NCBI GenBank assembly: GCA_050012835.1
Contig: JBEKGK010000002.1
Location: 1,428 to 65,427, forward strand
DNA: 64,000 bases
Direction of reading: 5' to 3'
DNA from: Solirubrobacteraceae bacterium
GTDB lineage: Bacteria > Actinomycetota > Thermoleophilia > Solirubrobacterales > Solirubrobacteraceae
Part shown: positions 46,313 to 56,052 of the stretch, one piece after another
Position numbering within the stretch: the first letter of the stretch is position 1
Layout: each line of letters opens with the position of its first letter
Translations under genes and position numbers: made by a program
The notes under the pieces: generated by a model
What the model was told of the DNA's origin: nothing
What the model saw: only the letters and a program-made list of their open reading frames with translations
The model's database searches: none

Positions 46313-47321
46313 AGCCCCACAGGGTCACGAGATCGCGGCCCAGGTACTCGCTCAGCGCGACGACCTCGGGCTTGAAGCGGCGCTGCAGCTCGCTCGTGAA
46401 GCTCTGATCCGGTGGCGGCGGCTGGCCATAGACGATGCGGCTGCGAAGCGGGTAGAACACGCGGTCGCGCAGCTTCCAAGGTGTGAGCGTCTTGATCGTC
46501 GCCTTGGCCGCTCCTGAGACGGGGCCCTGCCCGCCTCTCAGCGTGCGCACGAATTTGTCGATCGCAACAGAGCGAACGCCGATCGTCGGGTTGGCCGCCA
46601 CTACGTCCATCGGCACGGTGTCGTCCACCCCCAGAAAGCGCTGCACCGTGCGCACCGTCCCCTCGTTGTCGCGACGAAAGTCGTCGTAGATGAGCACCAG
46701 CACCTGCTCTGGCGGGAACGCCGCGTGGTAGCGACGCAGCTGCTCCACGTAACGCACCCGGTCTGAATATATGAGCGCCTGCGGCCAGTACGAGTTGGCG
46801 GGTATCTGCCGGCCCTCACGGCGCGCGTCGTCGAGCGCGACCGCCTTGCGGAAGTCCGGCTCGACCTCGTGGTGATTCTGCAGCAGCTGCAGGTGCAGCG
46901 AGCGCAGGAAGCTCGCGGGCTCGCGCAGGATCGCGACGATCCGCGCCGCGGGCTGAGCCTCGGCGATGCGCGCGGCGGCGGTGCGCGACCAGAGATAGGA
47001 GGTCGAAGCCTCGCCGATGCGCTGCTCGGGCCTTGCCCCGGCGAACAGCGCCAGGTATTCGTCCAGGCTCATGGCGCGCCTGCCGGTGAATGCGACCGAG
47101 CGCTCGGGCGTGGTCTGCGGCTGTGGATTGTCGCGCGAGAAGTACCACGGCTCCTTCCCCGCCCCGCCTTTGTACTCGGGCAGGTAGATCTGCGGGTGGC
47201 GCCTGAGCATCTCGTACAGCGCGGTGGTGCCACACTTGGCGTGGCCGACGATGAAGAAGTCCGGGATCCGCTGCTGCGACACGGGCGCCGGCGCCTCCTG
47301 CGGTTCAGCCGACATCGTCAT
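46296..47321 (-). CDS. PAPS-dependent sulfotransferase
   Basis: PDFFIVGHAKCGTT, KEPWYF, ILREPASFLRS, LWGYD. Confidence 0.92.
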   Translation of the reverse strand: MTMSAEPQEAPAPVSQQRIPDFFIVGHAKCGTTALYEMLRRHPQIYLPEYKGGAGKEPWYFSRDNPQPQTTPERSVAFTGRRAMSLDEYLALFAGARPEQRIGEASTSYLWSRTAAARIAEAQPAARIVAILREPASFLRSLHLQLLQNHHEVEPDFRKAVALDDARREGRQIPANSYWPQALIYSDRVRYVEQLRRYHAAFPPEQVLVLIYDDFRRDNEGTVRTVQRFLGVDDTVPMDVVAANPTIGVRSVAIDKFVRTLRGGQGPVSGAAKATIKTLTPWKLRDRVFYPLRSRIVYGQPPPPDQSFTSELQRRFKPEVVALSEYLGRDLVTLWGYDGLG

Positions 47322-48294
47322 AGCCCCAGAGTGAGACGAGATCGCGATCCAGATACTCGCTCAGCGCCACCACCTCCGGCCGAAAGCGCTCTCGCAGCTC
47401 GCGCTGGAGGGCCGCGTCGGGCGGCAGCGGCTCGCCGAAGAGGACGCGGTTCTGCGTTGCGAACAGCGCCCGGCGTCGCAGCTGCCGTGGGACGAGCGCC
47501 TTGACTGCTCGCTTCACCGCCACCGAGAGCGGGCCTGTCCCGACCGACACCGCATGCACGAGGTGATGGAGGCGCTGCGAGCGCACGCGCACCGTCGGGT
47601 TGGCTTGCGTCACGTGAATCGAGGACACGTCATCCACGCCGAGGAAACGCAGCACCCTGCGCACGGTCCCCTCGTTGTCGCTGCGAAAGTCGTCGTAGAT
47701 CAGCACCAGCACCTGCTCCGCTCCGAACAGCGCGTGGTAGCGGCGCAACTGCTCGACGTAGCGCACGTGCTCTGAGTACAGGAGCGTCTGCGGCCAGTAG
47801 GTGTACCTGGGGATGTGTCTTCCCTGACGCCTGTCGTGCTCGAGGGAGATCGCCTTGCGGAAATCCGCCTCGGACTCGATATAGCTCTTGACGAGTTGCA
47901 GATGCAGCGAGTGCAGGAAGCTCGCGGGCTCGCGCAGGATCGCAACGATGCGCGCCGCGGGCTGGACCTCCGCGATGCGGCTCGCAGCGGTGTGAGACCA
48001 GAGGTAGAAGGGCGACGCCTCGCCCACGCGCTGCTCGGGCCGCGCGGCCGCGAACAGCGCGAGGTACTCCTCGAGCGTGTTCGGAGTCCCTCCAGGTCGC
48101 GGTGGGGTGCGTTCGTGCAGCTCGTCCGCGAAGAACCAGGGCTCCTTGCCGTCTGGCATGTAGATCTGAGGGTGGCGCCTCAGCATTTCGTAGAGCGCGG
48201 TCGTACCGCTCTTCGGATGCCCGACGATGAAGAAGTCCGGCACCCGCATCTTCGTCAAAGGCGCCGCCGCATGCGCATCAGCGGAGACGGTCAT
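47305..48294 (-). CDS. PAPS-dependent sulfotransferase
   Basis: PDFFIVGHPKSGTT, KEPWFF, ILREPASFLHS, LWGYD. Confidence 0.92.
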   Translation of the reverse strand: MTVSADAHAAAPLTKMRVPDFFIVGHPKSGTTALYEMLRRHPQIYMPDGKEPWFFADELHERTPPRPGGTPNTLEEYLALFAAARPEQRVGEASPFYLWSHTAASRIAEVQPAARIVAILREPASFLHSLHLQLVKSYIESEADFRKAISLEHDRRQGRHIPRYTYWPQTLLYSEHVRYVEQLRRYHALFGAEQVLVLIYDDFRSDNEGTVRRVLRFLGVDDVSSIHVTQANPTVRVRSQRLHHLVHAVSVGTGPLSVAVKRAVKALVPRQLRRRALFATQNRVLFGEPLPPDAALQRELRERFRPEVVALSEYLDRDLVSLWGYDDVG

Positions 48295-49291
48295 AGCCCC
48301 ACAGCGAGACGAGATCACGGTCGAGGTACTCGCTCAACTCCACGACCATCGGCTTGAAGCGGTGGCGCAATTCGAGCATGAAGCCCTCATCGGGCGGCGG
48401 CGCCTGCCGATGCACGACGCGACGTTGAGCCAGGTGCAGGAAGTCGCGTCGCAGCCGCTGCGGCGTGAGTGCCTTGATCGCCGCCTTCGTCGTCCGCGAG
48501 ACCGCTCCGCGACCCACCGAGACCGAGTGCACCAGTTCGTCGAGCTGCTGAGAGCGCATGCCGATGGTGGGGTTCGCGTCCATGACGTCGATCGGATGCG
48601 ACTCGTCGACGTCGAGGAAACGCAGCACCCTGCGTACGGTGCCCTCGTTGTCGTGGCGGAAGTCATCGTAGATCAGCACCAGCACCTGCTCCGATCCGAA
48701 CAGCGCGTGATAGCGGCGCAGCTGCTCGACGTAGCGCACGTGCTCTGAGTACTGCAGCAGCTGGGGCCGGTGAGAGCGACGCGGGACGTGCCGCCCTTCG
48801 CGCCTGGCCGCTTCGAGCGACATCGCCGTGCGCAGGTCCCGCTTCGCCTCAACGTGAGTTTGCACCAGCTGCAGATGCAGCGAGCGCAGGAAGCTGGCCG
48901 GCTCTCGCAGGATCGCGATGATGTGCGCGCCGGGCTGGACGTCCGCGATCTCGCGCGCGGCGGTCTGCGACCAGAGGTAGGAGGATGACGCCTCCCCGAC
49001 ACGCTGCTCCGGTGTGGCCTCCTCGAACAGCTCGAGATACTGCTCGAGCGTCTCCGGCGCCGGACCGGCCAGTGGCGGCTGGAAGCGGGGACGCATGTCG
49101 CGCGCGAAGAACCACGGCTCCTTGCCCTCGGGCATGTAGATCTGAGGGTGGCGCCTCAGCATCTCGTACAGCGCGGTGGTACCGCTCTTGGCATGACCGA
49201 CGATGAAGAAGTCGGGAACCCTGTTCCCGGCCGCGCTCGCCACCAGCCGCGGCGACGGATCGCGCGGGTCCGATGACAGTCCGCTGATCAT
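48278..49291 (-). CDS. PAPS-dependent sulfotransferase
   Basis: PDFFIVGHAKSGTT etc.; ATG 49291 overlaps the stop of the Wzy-like gene (ATGA). Confidence 0.92.
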   Translation of the reverse strand: MISGLSSDPRDPSPRLVASAAGNRVPDFFIVGHAKSGTTALYEMLRRHPQIYMPEGKEPWFFARDMRPRFQPPLAGPAPETLEQYLELFEEATPEQRVGEASSSYLWSQTAAREIADVQPGAHIIAILREPASFLRSLHLQLVQTHVEAKRDLRTAMSLEAARREGRHVPRRSHRPQLLQYSEHVRYVEQLRRYHALFGSEQVLVLIYDDFRHDNEGTVRRVLRFLDVDESHPIDVMDANPTIGMRSQQLDELVHSVSVGRGAVSRTTKAAIKALTPQRLRRDFLHLAQRRVVHRQAPPPDEGFMLELRHRFKPMVVELSEYLDRDLVSLWGYDRLR

Positions 49292-50898
49292 CCTGCACCG
49301 GTGGCGATGATCCGCGGGCCGCCGGCGATCATCCCTGGGTCGGCGGCGGCCTTCGAGCGTTGCGCCGCGAGGCCGGGGCCGGCGAACCAGTATGCGGCGA
49401 CCCCCGCAGCGAACCACAGGAACGTGCCAGCCGGTGCCACAGCCAGCGTGGGTCCGGCGAACCCGTCGGCGGTGAACGCGAGGAATGCAGCGAAGATGGC
49501 AACGAGATAGGTGCGCATCTCGACGTCCGCGATCAGCCGCAGCTTCCTCACCGCCAGCAGGATCACGCTGATCGTCAGGCCGACCCACAGGAGCAGGCCG
49601 AGCGCTCCCGTTTCGAGCACGACGAGGTTGAACGCGCCCTCCCCGCTCGGGCCGCTGCCTTCGATCTTCACTTTTTCCTGCTTGCCGCCGAATCCCCCCG
49701 CCGAGCCGCCGGTCCCCAGCCCGATGCCAAACGGAGCGCCCGCGATGTCGGTCGGGAGCTGGGAGAAGTGGGCGACCTTGGTGGCCGCCTCCCCGGATTC
49801 CGCGCTCGCGCTGGAAAGCGTTTCCTGGCGATGGAAGATCGAGCTCCCGTCGGCGGATATCAGCACCGAGGCGACGCCGACGGCCACGACCCCCACCGCC
49901 AGGATGGCGATCAACGGCCGACCCACCTTCAGCCCGCCCAGCACCGAGAGGATCGCGTAGCTGAGCAGGGCGATCACCGCGATCACGATCGAGGAGCGAG
50001 ACGCGGCGGTCGCGATCCCGGCGAGCGCCCCCGCGAGGAGCAGGATGGTGACCCATCGTCGACGCTGCAGGCGTGGGATCGACAGCAGCGCCAGCAGCCC
50101 CGGAAGCGCCAGCACGCCCACGCCGCCACCGAATCCGCTGTCTGAGCCGAGCGCCGGGGGACGCGGCCTGGAGACGCCTTCGACCTCGAACGTCCGTCCC
50201 GAAGTGCCGCCCGTGCCGTTGATCCGAGCGCTGTAGCCCGGACCCCAGCTGCCGAGGCCCGACGGGCTCAGCCGCGACTGGTAGCCGCCGACCAGCCCGT
50301 TGGCCAACGCGATCACGCCCAGGATCAGGAAGAGCTTGCGGAAGTGCTGCTTGGAGCGCATGATCATGTACCCGAAGAAGAAGAACGGGACCCACTCGAG
50401 CTGCTGCCTGAAGCCGCCCAGGATCTTCAGGATCCCGTGGGTATCCGGATTTGCGGCCTGGACCAGCACGGCGCACACGAACAGCACCACCCAGCCGGAG
50501 AGCGGGGGCATCGTCACGCGTTCGCGGCTGACGCTGACGCGCGCGACCATGCCGATCACGATCGCGAAGATCAGCACGTCGCGTATCGCCGACGCGTACT
50601 GGCTGGCGCTGAGCAGCTTGACCGGCCCATCGAGCAGTCCGAGGTAGAGCACCACGATCGTCAGCGTCAGCTCGTAGCGCGTGCTGACCATCAGCGCGAC
50701 GACGGCCAGCGCCCCGATGATCAGCCCGAAGATCAGCGCGGGGTTCGGGTTTGGCATCTCGATCGTGACCGCGAGCGCGACCAGCAGCGCGATCGACCCG
50801 GTGAGCCCGCTCAGCAGCAGCTCGTGCATGCGCCGGCTGAGGAGGGCTGGATGCGCCCCCGAGACGACGGGACCGGCGAGACGCATCTGGCCGCTCAT
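49288..50898 (-). CDS. Wzy / O-antigen ligase-like polymerase
   Basis: About 12 TM segments, ASRSS, PFGIGLG and ETGALGLLLW pattern; directly downstream of the chain-length regulator with ATGA overlap. Confidence 0.75.
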   Translation of the reverse strand: MSGQMRLAGPVVSGAHPALLSRRMHELLLSGLTGSIALLVALAVTIEMPNPNPALIFGLIIGALAVVALMVSTRYELTLTIVVLYLGLLDGPVKLLSASQYASAIRDVLIFAIVIGMVARVSVSRERVTMPPLSGWVVLFVCAVLVQAANPDTHGILKILGGFRQQLEWVPFFFFGYMIMRSKQHFRKLFLILGVIALANGLVGGYQSRLSPSGLGSWGPGYSARINGTGGTSGRTFEVEGVSRPRPPALGSDSGFGGGVGVLALPGLLALLSIPRLQRRRWVTILLLAGALAGIATAASRSSIVIAVIALLSYAILSVLGGLKVGRPLIAILAVGVVAVGVASVLISADGSSIFHRQETLSSASAESGEAATKVAHFSQLPTDIAGAPFGIGLGTGGSAGGFGGKQEKVKIEGSGPSGEGAFNLVVLETGALGLLLWVGLTISVILLAVRKLRLIADVEMRTYLVAIFAAFLAFTADGFAGPTLAVAPAGTFLWFAAGVAAYWFAGPGLAAQRSKAAADPGMIAGGPRIIATGAG

Positions 50899-52550
50899 CG
50901 GCCGCTCAGCCAACGGCGCGCGCCGTGCGACGCGACGAAGCCGTAGCGCTCGAGATCCGCGCGCGGCACGTCGTTGGCCACGACCCCAAGGATCGGCGCA
51001 CAGGGAGTCCGCGCCAGGAGCTGCACGAGCCGCTGAGCGGATCGCTCGCGCGTGTGCCCGACCCGCGCCACGAGTACGACCCCATCGACCATGCTGAGCA
51101 GCGGCAGCACGTCGCTCACCTCCAGCGGAGACGGCGCGTCGATCAGCACGTTGTCGAACTCCCCCGTGAGCGAATCGAGCAGGTCCGCCATCCTGTGATC
51201 AACCATCAAGCCCGGCGAATCGTCGGCGTTGCGCCCCACCAGCACCGAGACGGCACCCGTCTCCTGCGACTGCAGGACCGTGGACGGACTCGCGGCCGAT
51301 CCCGGCGAGTGCGCGCTCGGCTCCCCGGGCGCGGAATCGGCCGGCTGCATCGCTTCGTCGAGCTCGAGCGTTCCGGAGAGCGCCTCCGCCAGTCCCTGGT
51401 GGCCGGAGACGTCCAGCAGCTTGGCCTGGACGGGACGGCGAAAATCGGCCTCCACGACCGCCGCTCGCCTGCCCGCGTCGCGCTGCACGAGCGCGAGTGC
51501 GGCGACGATCGTCGACTTGCCGTCGGCAGCGTCGGCGCTGAGGAACAGGATCGAGCGAGGGGAGACGCCGCGATCGTCGATCGAGCGAGCCGAGCCATTG
51601 GGACTGTGCCCGGCGGTGCCAGCCAGCTGCAGGCTCGTGTACAGCCTGCGGAGCGGCTCGGCGAGCGGCTTGGAGGCGGACAACCGTCCATCGCGGCGCA
51701 GGATCGGTCGCCTGACGCTCGGAAGCGCCGAGAGCAGGTGCGTCTGGAAGGCCGCCTCGACGGCCGCCAGCGAACGCAGGCGACGATCGAGTCGGCTCAC
51801 AGCGTAGGCGGCGAGCGCGGCCAGGAACAGGCCTAGCACGAAGCCGAAGATCGCGTTCTTTTTCGGCATCGGCGAGAGCAGCTGCGAGCCGGTCGGCTTC
51901 GCGACGCCGATCTGCTTCACCTTGACGATCGAGAGTTCTGTTTCAAGCTGGTTGATTTTGGAGGTCTGGGTCGCCACCTGTAGCGTCGCCGCGGTCGTGA
52001 GCCCGCCTGAGCCCTTCACGCCCTTCTGCTTGGGGCGGTTGAGCGCGGCTTCGACTCGGCTGAGCTGTGCGCGCGCGAGCGCGATCGCCGCCGCGATCCC
52101 GCGCGTGTAATTCCCGTTCTCGCGTTTGACGTAGACCTGCGCGGTCAGGTTCGCCAGCAGCGCCGCCGCACGGGGGGCACGCGCTTCGGCCGATATCGAC
52201 ATGAACTGGTTTTTTTCAGATGCCTTCGCGTGCACCTTGCCACGCAGCGCCTGCCGTGCGATCGCGGTGTGCTGCGCCCGCAGCCGTCGCACGACGACTT
52301 CGTGCACGAGCGGCGAGTTGATGATCTCTGCCTGAGCTCCGGGTTCGAGCCCGCTCTTCTTCTTCCCACCACCGGCTAGCACGCCCTGTTCTTCTGAGCC
52401 GCTGCCGAGGTAGACCTGCGTGCTCGACAGGTAGACGGGCGTTTTGTGCTTGTAGTAGTAGTACGTGCCGACCGCGACCAGAATCCCCACCGCGAGGATC
52501 AGCCACTTGCGCCTCCAGAGCGGAGCAAAGGTTGAGGTGGCTTCGGTCAT
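50895..52550 (-). CDS. Wzc-like polysaccharide co-polymerase with BY-kinase-like domain
   Basis: LWRRKWLIL + TM, PVY, SPMPKKN + TM, SADAADGKST, VEADFRRP, VLIDAPS; start 52550 or 52598. Confidence 0.85.
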   Translation of the reverse strand: MTEATSTFAPLWRRKWLILAVGILVAVGTYYYYKHKTPVYLSSTQVYLGSGSEEQGVLAGGGKKKSGLEPGAQAEIINSPLVHEVVVRRLRAQHTAIARQALRGKVHAKASEKNQFMSISAEARAPRAAALLANLTAQVYVKRENGNYTRGIAAAIALARAQLSRVEAALNRPKQKGVKGSGGLTTAATLQVATQTSKINQLETELSIVKVKQIGVAKPTGSQLLSPMPKKNAIFGFVLGLFLAALAAYAVSRLDRRLRSLAAVEAAFQTHLLSALPSVRRPILRRDGRLSASKPLAEPLRRLYTSLQLAGTAGHSPNGSARSIDDRGVSPRSILFLSADAADGKSTIVAALALVQRDAGRRAAVVEADFRRPVQAKLLDVSGHQGLAEALSGTLELDEAMQPADSAPGEPSAHSPGSAASPSTVLQSQETGAVSVLVGRNADDSPGLMVDHRMADLLDSLTGEFDNVLIDAPSPLEVSDVLPLLSMVDGVVLVARVGHTRERSAQRLVQLLARTPCAPILGVVANDVPRADLERYGFVASHGARRWLSGR

Positions 52551-52673
52551 GTTGTTAGTGGTCGACTCCAGGATCCGTCCATGGTCGAGGACCATCATCA
52601 GGCCCGCCAGGCATCATAAGGATCAGCGTAATAGGCTCCTAAAGACTAGCGGGCCGGAACCAGCTCGGAAGGG

Positions 52674-53810
52674 GTGCATGCGTCCGTGCCGGCGACTTTG
52701 GAAGGGACGGGTGTGCAGGAGGCGCAGAGCAGGCGGATCCTGTGCTTTGCAACGCAAGGCCACGATCATCTCGATGCAGACCGCCTCCACTATCTGCTGG
52801 AGCCCCTGCGCCCGGACAGCTACGCGTTCGATCACGACCGCAGGATTCGCTCGGCCGTGGGCCTCGCCAGAGAGGTGCTCGCGCGACGCCCGAGCCTGAT
52901 CGTGATGGAGGGCACCGGCCTTGCCGGCGGAGTCACGCTGCTGGCGCTCAGCGTCTTGCTGGGAGTTCCCTTCGTGGTCAGCAGCGGCGATGCGGTGGGC
53001 CCGTATCTGGGCCTGCGCTCGCGTCTGGGCGGGCTGGTCGGCAGCCTCTACGAGCGCCTGCTGTGCCGGCGCTGCGCGGGCTACATCGGTTGGACCCCCT
53101 ATCTGGTGGGACGCGCGATCACGTTTGGAGCCAGGCGCGCCATGACCGCACCGGGCTGGACCCGCGGCCACGCCGCCGGCGGCGCCCGCGAGAGGATTCG
53201 CTCCCGCCTCGGCATCCCCGCGGATGCGCTGGTGATCGGCCTGGCCGGATCGCTCAACTGGCGAGCGCGCGTCGGCTACGCATACGGGGCGGAGCTCGTG
53301 CTCGGGATGCGCCGCGTCAAGCGCCCCGATGTGGTGGCGTGCATCGTCGGCGATGGTCCCGGGCGCGAGCGACTCGCGGAGATGGCTGGGCAGGACCTGG
53401 GCACCCGCATCCTGATGCCCGGGCGGGTCGACCCCGCGGAGGTTGCGGACTATCTCGCGGCCTTTGACGTGGCCAGCCTGCCACAGAGCGTCGACGGCGT
53501 GGGATCGTTTCGCTACACGACGAAGCTCAGTGAGTATCTCGCGGCCGAGCTCCCGATGATCACCGGCCAGATCCCCGCTGCATACGACCTGGCCGGCGAC
53601 TGCTGCTGGCGGCTCCCCGGCGACTCTCCCTGGAGCTCCACCTATGTGGATGCGCTGGGCGAGCTGCTGGAGGGCCTGACTCAGGGTGCGATAGCCGAGC
53701 GACGTGAGGCGATTCGCCGGCGGCCGGGGGATCCGTTCGACCAGCTCGCCCAGCAGCGGCGCACGAGCGAGTTCGTGAGCGACATCCTGGCGTCGTCAAC
53801 GCGACGTTGA
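52674..53810 (+). CDS. GT4-like glycosyltransferase
   Basis: CIVGDGPG, GRVDP, TTKLSEYLAAELPMI. Confidence 0.82.
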   Translation: MHASVPATLEGTGVQEAQSRRILCFATQGHDHLDADRLHYLLEPLRPDSYAFDHDRRIRSAVGLAREVLARRPSLIVMEGTGLAGGVTLLALSVLLGVPFVVSSGDAVGPYLGLRSRLGGLVGSLYERLLCRRCAGYIGWTPYLVGRAITFGARRAMTAPGWTRGHAAGGARERIRSRLGIPADALVIGLAGSLNWRARVGYAYGAELVLGMRRVKRPDVVACIVGDGPGRERLAEMAGQDLGTRILMPGRVDPAEVADYLAAFDVASLPQSVDGVGSFRYTTKLSEYLAAELPMITGQIPAAYDLAGDCCWRLPGDSPWSSTYVDALGELLEGLTQGAIAERREAIRRRPGDPFDQLAQQRRTSEFVSDILASSTRR

Positions 53811-53825
53811 CACCGTGAGAATCTC

Positions 53826-55004
53826 TCACACGCGCGACTCGCGCGCGAGCTGTGTGTACAGCTCGTGATGCTTGGCCACCATCTCTCGCCAGCTGAACTC
53901 GAGCGCCGACTGACGCGCGCCCTGCCCGAGCCGCTGCCTGAGCGCCCGGTCCGCGGCGAGCTGGCGCAGGCGCTCGGCGATCTCGCCCGGCTCCCTGGAG
54001 ATCAGGAAGCCGTTGTGGCCGTCCCGGATCAGCTCACGCACGCCGTTCACCGGTGTGCCCAAGATCGGGAGCCGGCATGCGGCCGCCTCGAAGCTGACCA
54101 GTGAGAAGGTCTCATAGCTCGAGGGCAACACGAACGCGTCGGCGAGCTCGTACACGAGCTGCACGTCCGGGGTGACTCCGAGCCAGCGCACGGCATCTCC
54201 CACGCCGAGTGACTCGGCCAGCTCCTGGTAGCGCTGCCGGTCTCCGCCGCCGGCCACCAGCACGCACCAGTCGCCCGCCAGCGCGAGCGCCTGGATCAGT
54301 GGCCGCAGGCCCTTGCGCTCCCACTCGCTGCCGACGAACGCCGCCACGAGGCGCCCGTCCGGGATCTCGAGCCGCTCGCGCAGCGCGCGCGCCTCGGCGG
54401 CGCGCCGGCCGGGCGCGAACATCTCGGTGTCCACCCCGTTGTGAATCGTCATCACCCTGTCCGCCAGCTGCGGGTAGTGCCGGCGCACCTCCTGCGCCAC
54501 TCCCTCCGAGACGCACACGAACCGCGCCTGGCCGTTTGCCCGAAAGCAGGCGCGCTCGGAGAACCGCTTCACCAATCGCACGATGCGCGCGTGCCCTCGA
54601 AACAGGCGGGTGGAGCGACTTGGGTTTGCCGGGCCGACCTGGTGGCAATAGTGAACGTGAACCACATCGGCGCGGTTGAGCACGATCGCACCCGTCACCT
54701 GCAGCACGCCGCGCCGCCATCTGCGCACCGCCAGCGAGCCCGCGAGCACGAACCACGGATACGCCACGAGGAATGGCCGGCTCGGGCCGCGCACGCGGTG
54801 GAACTCGACCCCCTCGCGCGGCGGTACCTCAAATGTGCGAGCAATCACGGTAACCGTGTGTCCGAGGTCCCGAAGACCGGTGATCAGCTCGGCCAGCACG
54901 CGCTCCATCCCCCCCACCGCGCCGATGTCGTTGGCGACGATCGTGACGTCGCATGCAGGCGCGGAGCGCTCGCTGCTGCGCTCGGTTGCGATGTTGGATT
55001 GCAT
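53826..55004 (-). CDS. GT4 glycosyltransferase
   Basis: GGMER, HNGVD, ERKGL, YETFSLVSFEAAACRLP. Confidence 0.92.
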   Translation of the reverse strand: MQSNIATERSSERSAPACDVTIVANDIGAVGGMERVLAELITGLRDLGHTVTVIARTFEVPPREGVEFHRVRGPSRPFLVAYPWFVLAGSLAVRRWRRGVLQVTGAIVLNRADVVHVHYCHQVGPANPSRSTRLFRGHARIVRLVKRFSERACFRANGQARFVCVSEGVAQEVRRHYPQLADRVMTIHNGVDTEMFAPGRRAAEARALRERLEIPDGRLVAAFVGSEWERKGLRPLIQALALAGDWCVLVAGGGDRQRYQELAESLGVGDAVRWLGVTPDVQLVYELADAFVLPSSYETFSLVSFEAAACRLPILGTPVNGVRELIRDGHNGFLISREPGEIAERLRQLAADRALRQRLGQGARQSALEFSWREMVAKHHELYTQLARESRV

Positions 55005-55103
55005 GGGCGACGGTGGTGTCCTTGAGTCAAGTCAAAGGCTAGCGTCCGGCGCTCAGCCCGTGAGAAGCCGAGGAGCCGAGCAGCAATACACTGTCTGACC
55101 GCC

Positions 55104-56042
55104 ATGAGTCAAACCCGCCAGCGAGCCCTGTCTCGCGCGCGCCGAGCATACCGGTTCGTCAATCGCCCGTACTACTGGTGGCGTCCCTCCCAGCTCGCCA
55201 TCCGCCTGCGCGCCAAGCCCAACGCGGATGGAAGCCCGCGGCTGCTGCGCACGGCGTGGGGCTCGCATCTGTACTGCTGGCCTGACCCGCTCGGGCGCGC
55301 GGTCGCGCGGACCGGCATCTATGACCTGGTCGTCGCCGAGACGCTCGCGCGCCTCGCCGATCCCGGCGAGACCGCCGTCGATGCCGGCGCGAACGTGGGC
55401 TTCATGTCCAACCTGCTCGCGCATGCCGTGGGCGCAGATGGCCGCGTGGTCTGCTTCGAGCCCCATCCCCTGATCCTCGAGACCCTCAACGGCAACGTCG
55501 AGCGATGGAGGGCGCTCGAGCGAATCGCGACGGTCGAGGTGCGTGCGGCGGCCGTCTCCTCCGCAGCGGGCCGCCTGCCGCTGTCGGTGGACCCGCACAC
55601 GTTCGCTCACAACAAGGGAACCGCGTCGGTCGAGCAGGCGGACCCGATCAGCTCGACCGAGGTTGACACAGTCCGGCTGGACGAGGAGCTCTCCGCGCCG
55701 ATCGGCGTGCTCAAGCTCGACGTCGAGGGACATGAGCTCGAGGCCCTGCGCGGCGCCGACTCCCTGCTCTCGCGCAAGCTCATCCGCGACATCCTGTTCG
55801 AGGAGCACCGGCGGCCGCCGACACCGGTGACGGAACTGCTGGAGTCCTATGGTTACACGGTCTTGGGCGTGCGCCAGGGGTTGACAGGGCCAATCGCATC
55901 CGCACCGGCGGAGGCTTACCAACGACAGATGTGGGACCCTCCGGCGCTGCTGGCGAGCACCGATCCCGCGCGCGTGCGCGAGCGCCTGAAAAGGCACGGA
56001 TGGGTGTGCCTGCGCGGCAGCTTCAACAGCGGCCTCGTGTAG
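55104..56042 (+). CDS. FkbM family methyltransferase
   Basis: VDAGANVG, CFEPHP, LKLDVEGHELEALRG. Confidence 0.92.
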   Translation: MSQTRQRALSRARRAYRFVNRPYYWWRPSQLAIRLRAKPNADGSPRLLRTAWGSHLYCWPDPLGRAVARTGIYDLVVAETLARLADPGETAVDAGANVGFMSNLLAHAVGADGRVVCFEPHPLILETLNGNVERWRALERIATVEVRAAAVSSAAGRLPLSVDPHTFAHNKGTASVEQADPISSTEVDTVRLDEELSAPIGVLKLDVEGHELEALRGADSLLSRKLIRDILFEEHRRPPTPVTELLESYGYTVLGVRQGLTGPIASAPAEAYQRQMWDPPALLASTDPARVRERLKRHGWVCLRGSFNSGLV

Positions 56043-56052
56043 GATCGGAACG

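Noticed and set aside
49292-50476. Long N-terminal extension of the 48278 sulfotransferase ORF (similarly at 28600, 38960, 34330, 56742, 57733, 59568)
   Set aside because: The extensions overlap other well-supported genes and are low-complexity; not real fusions
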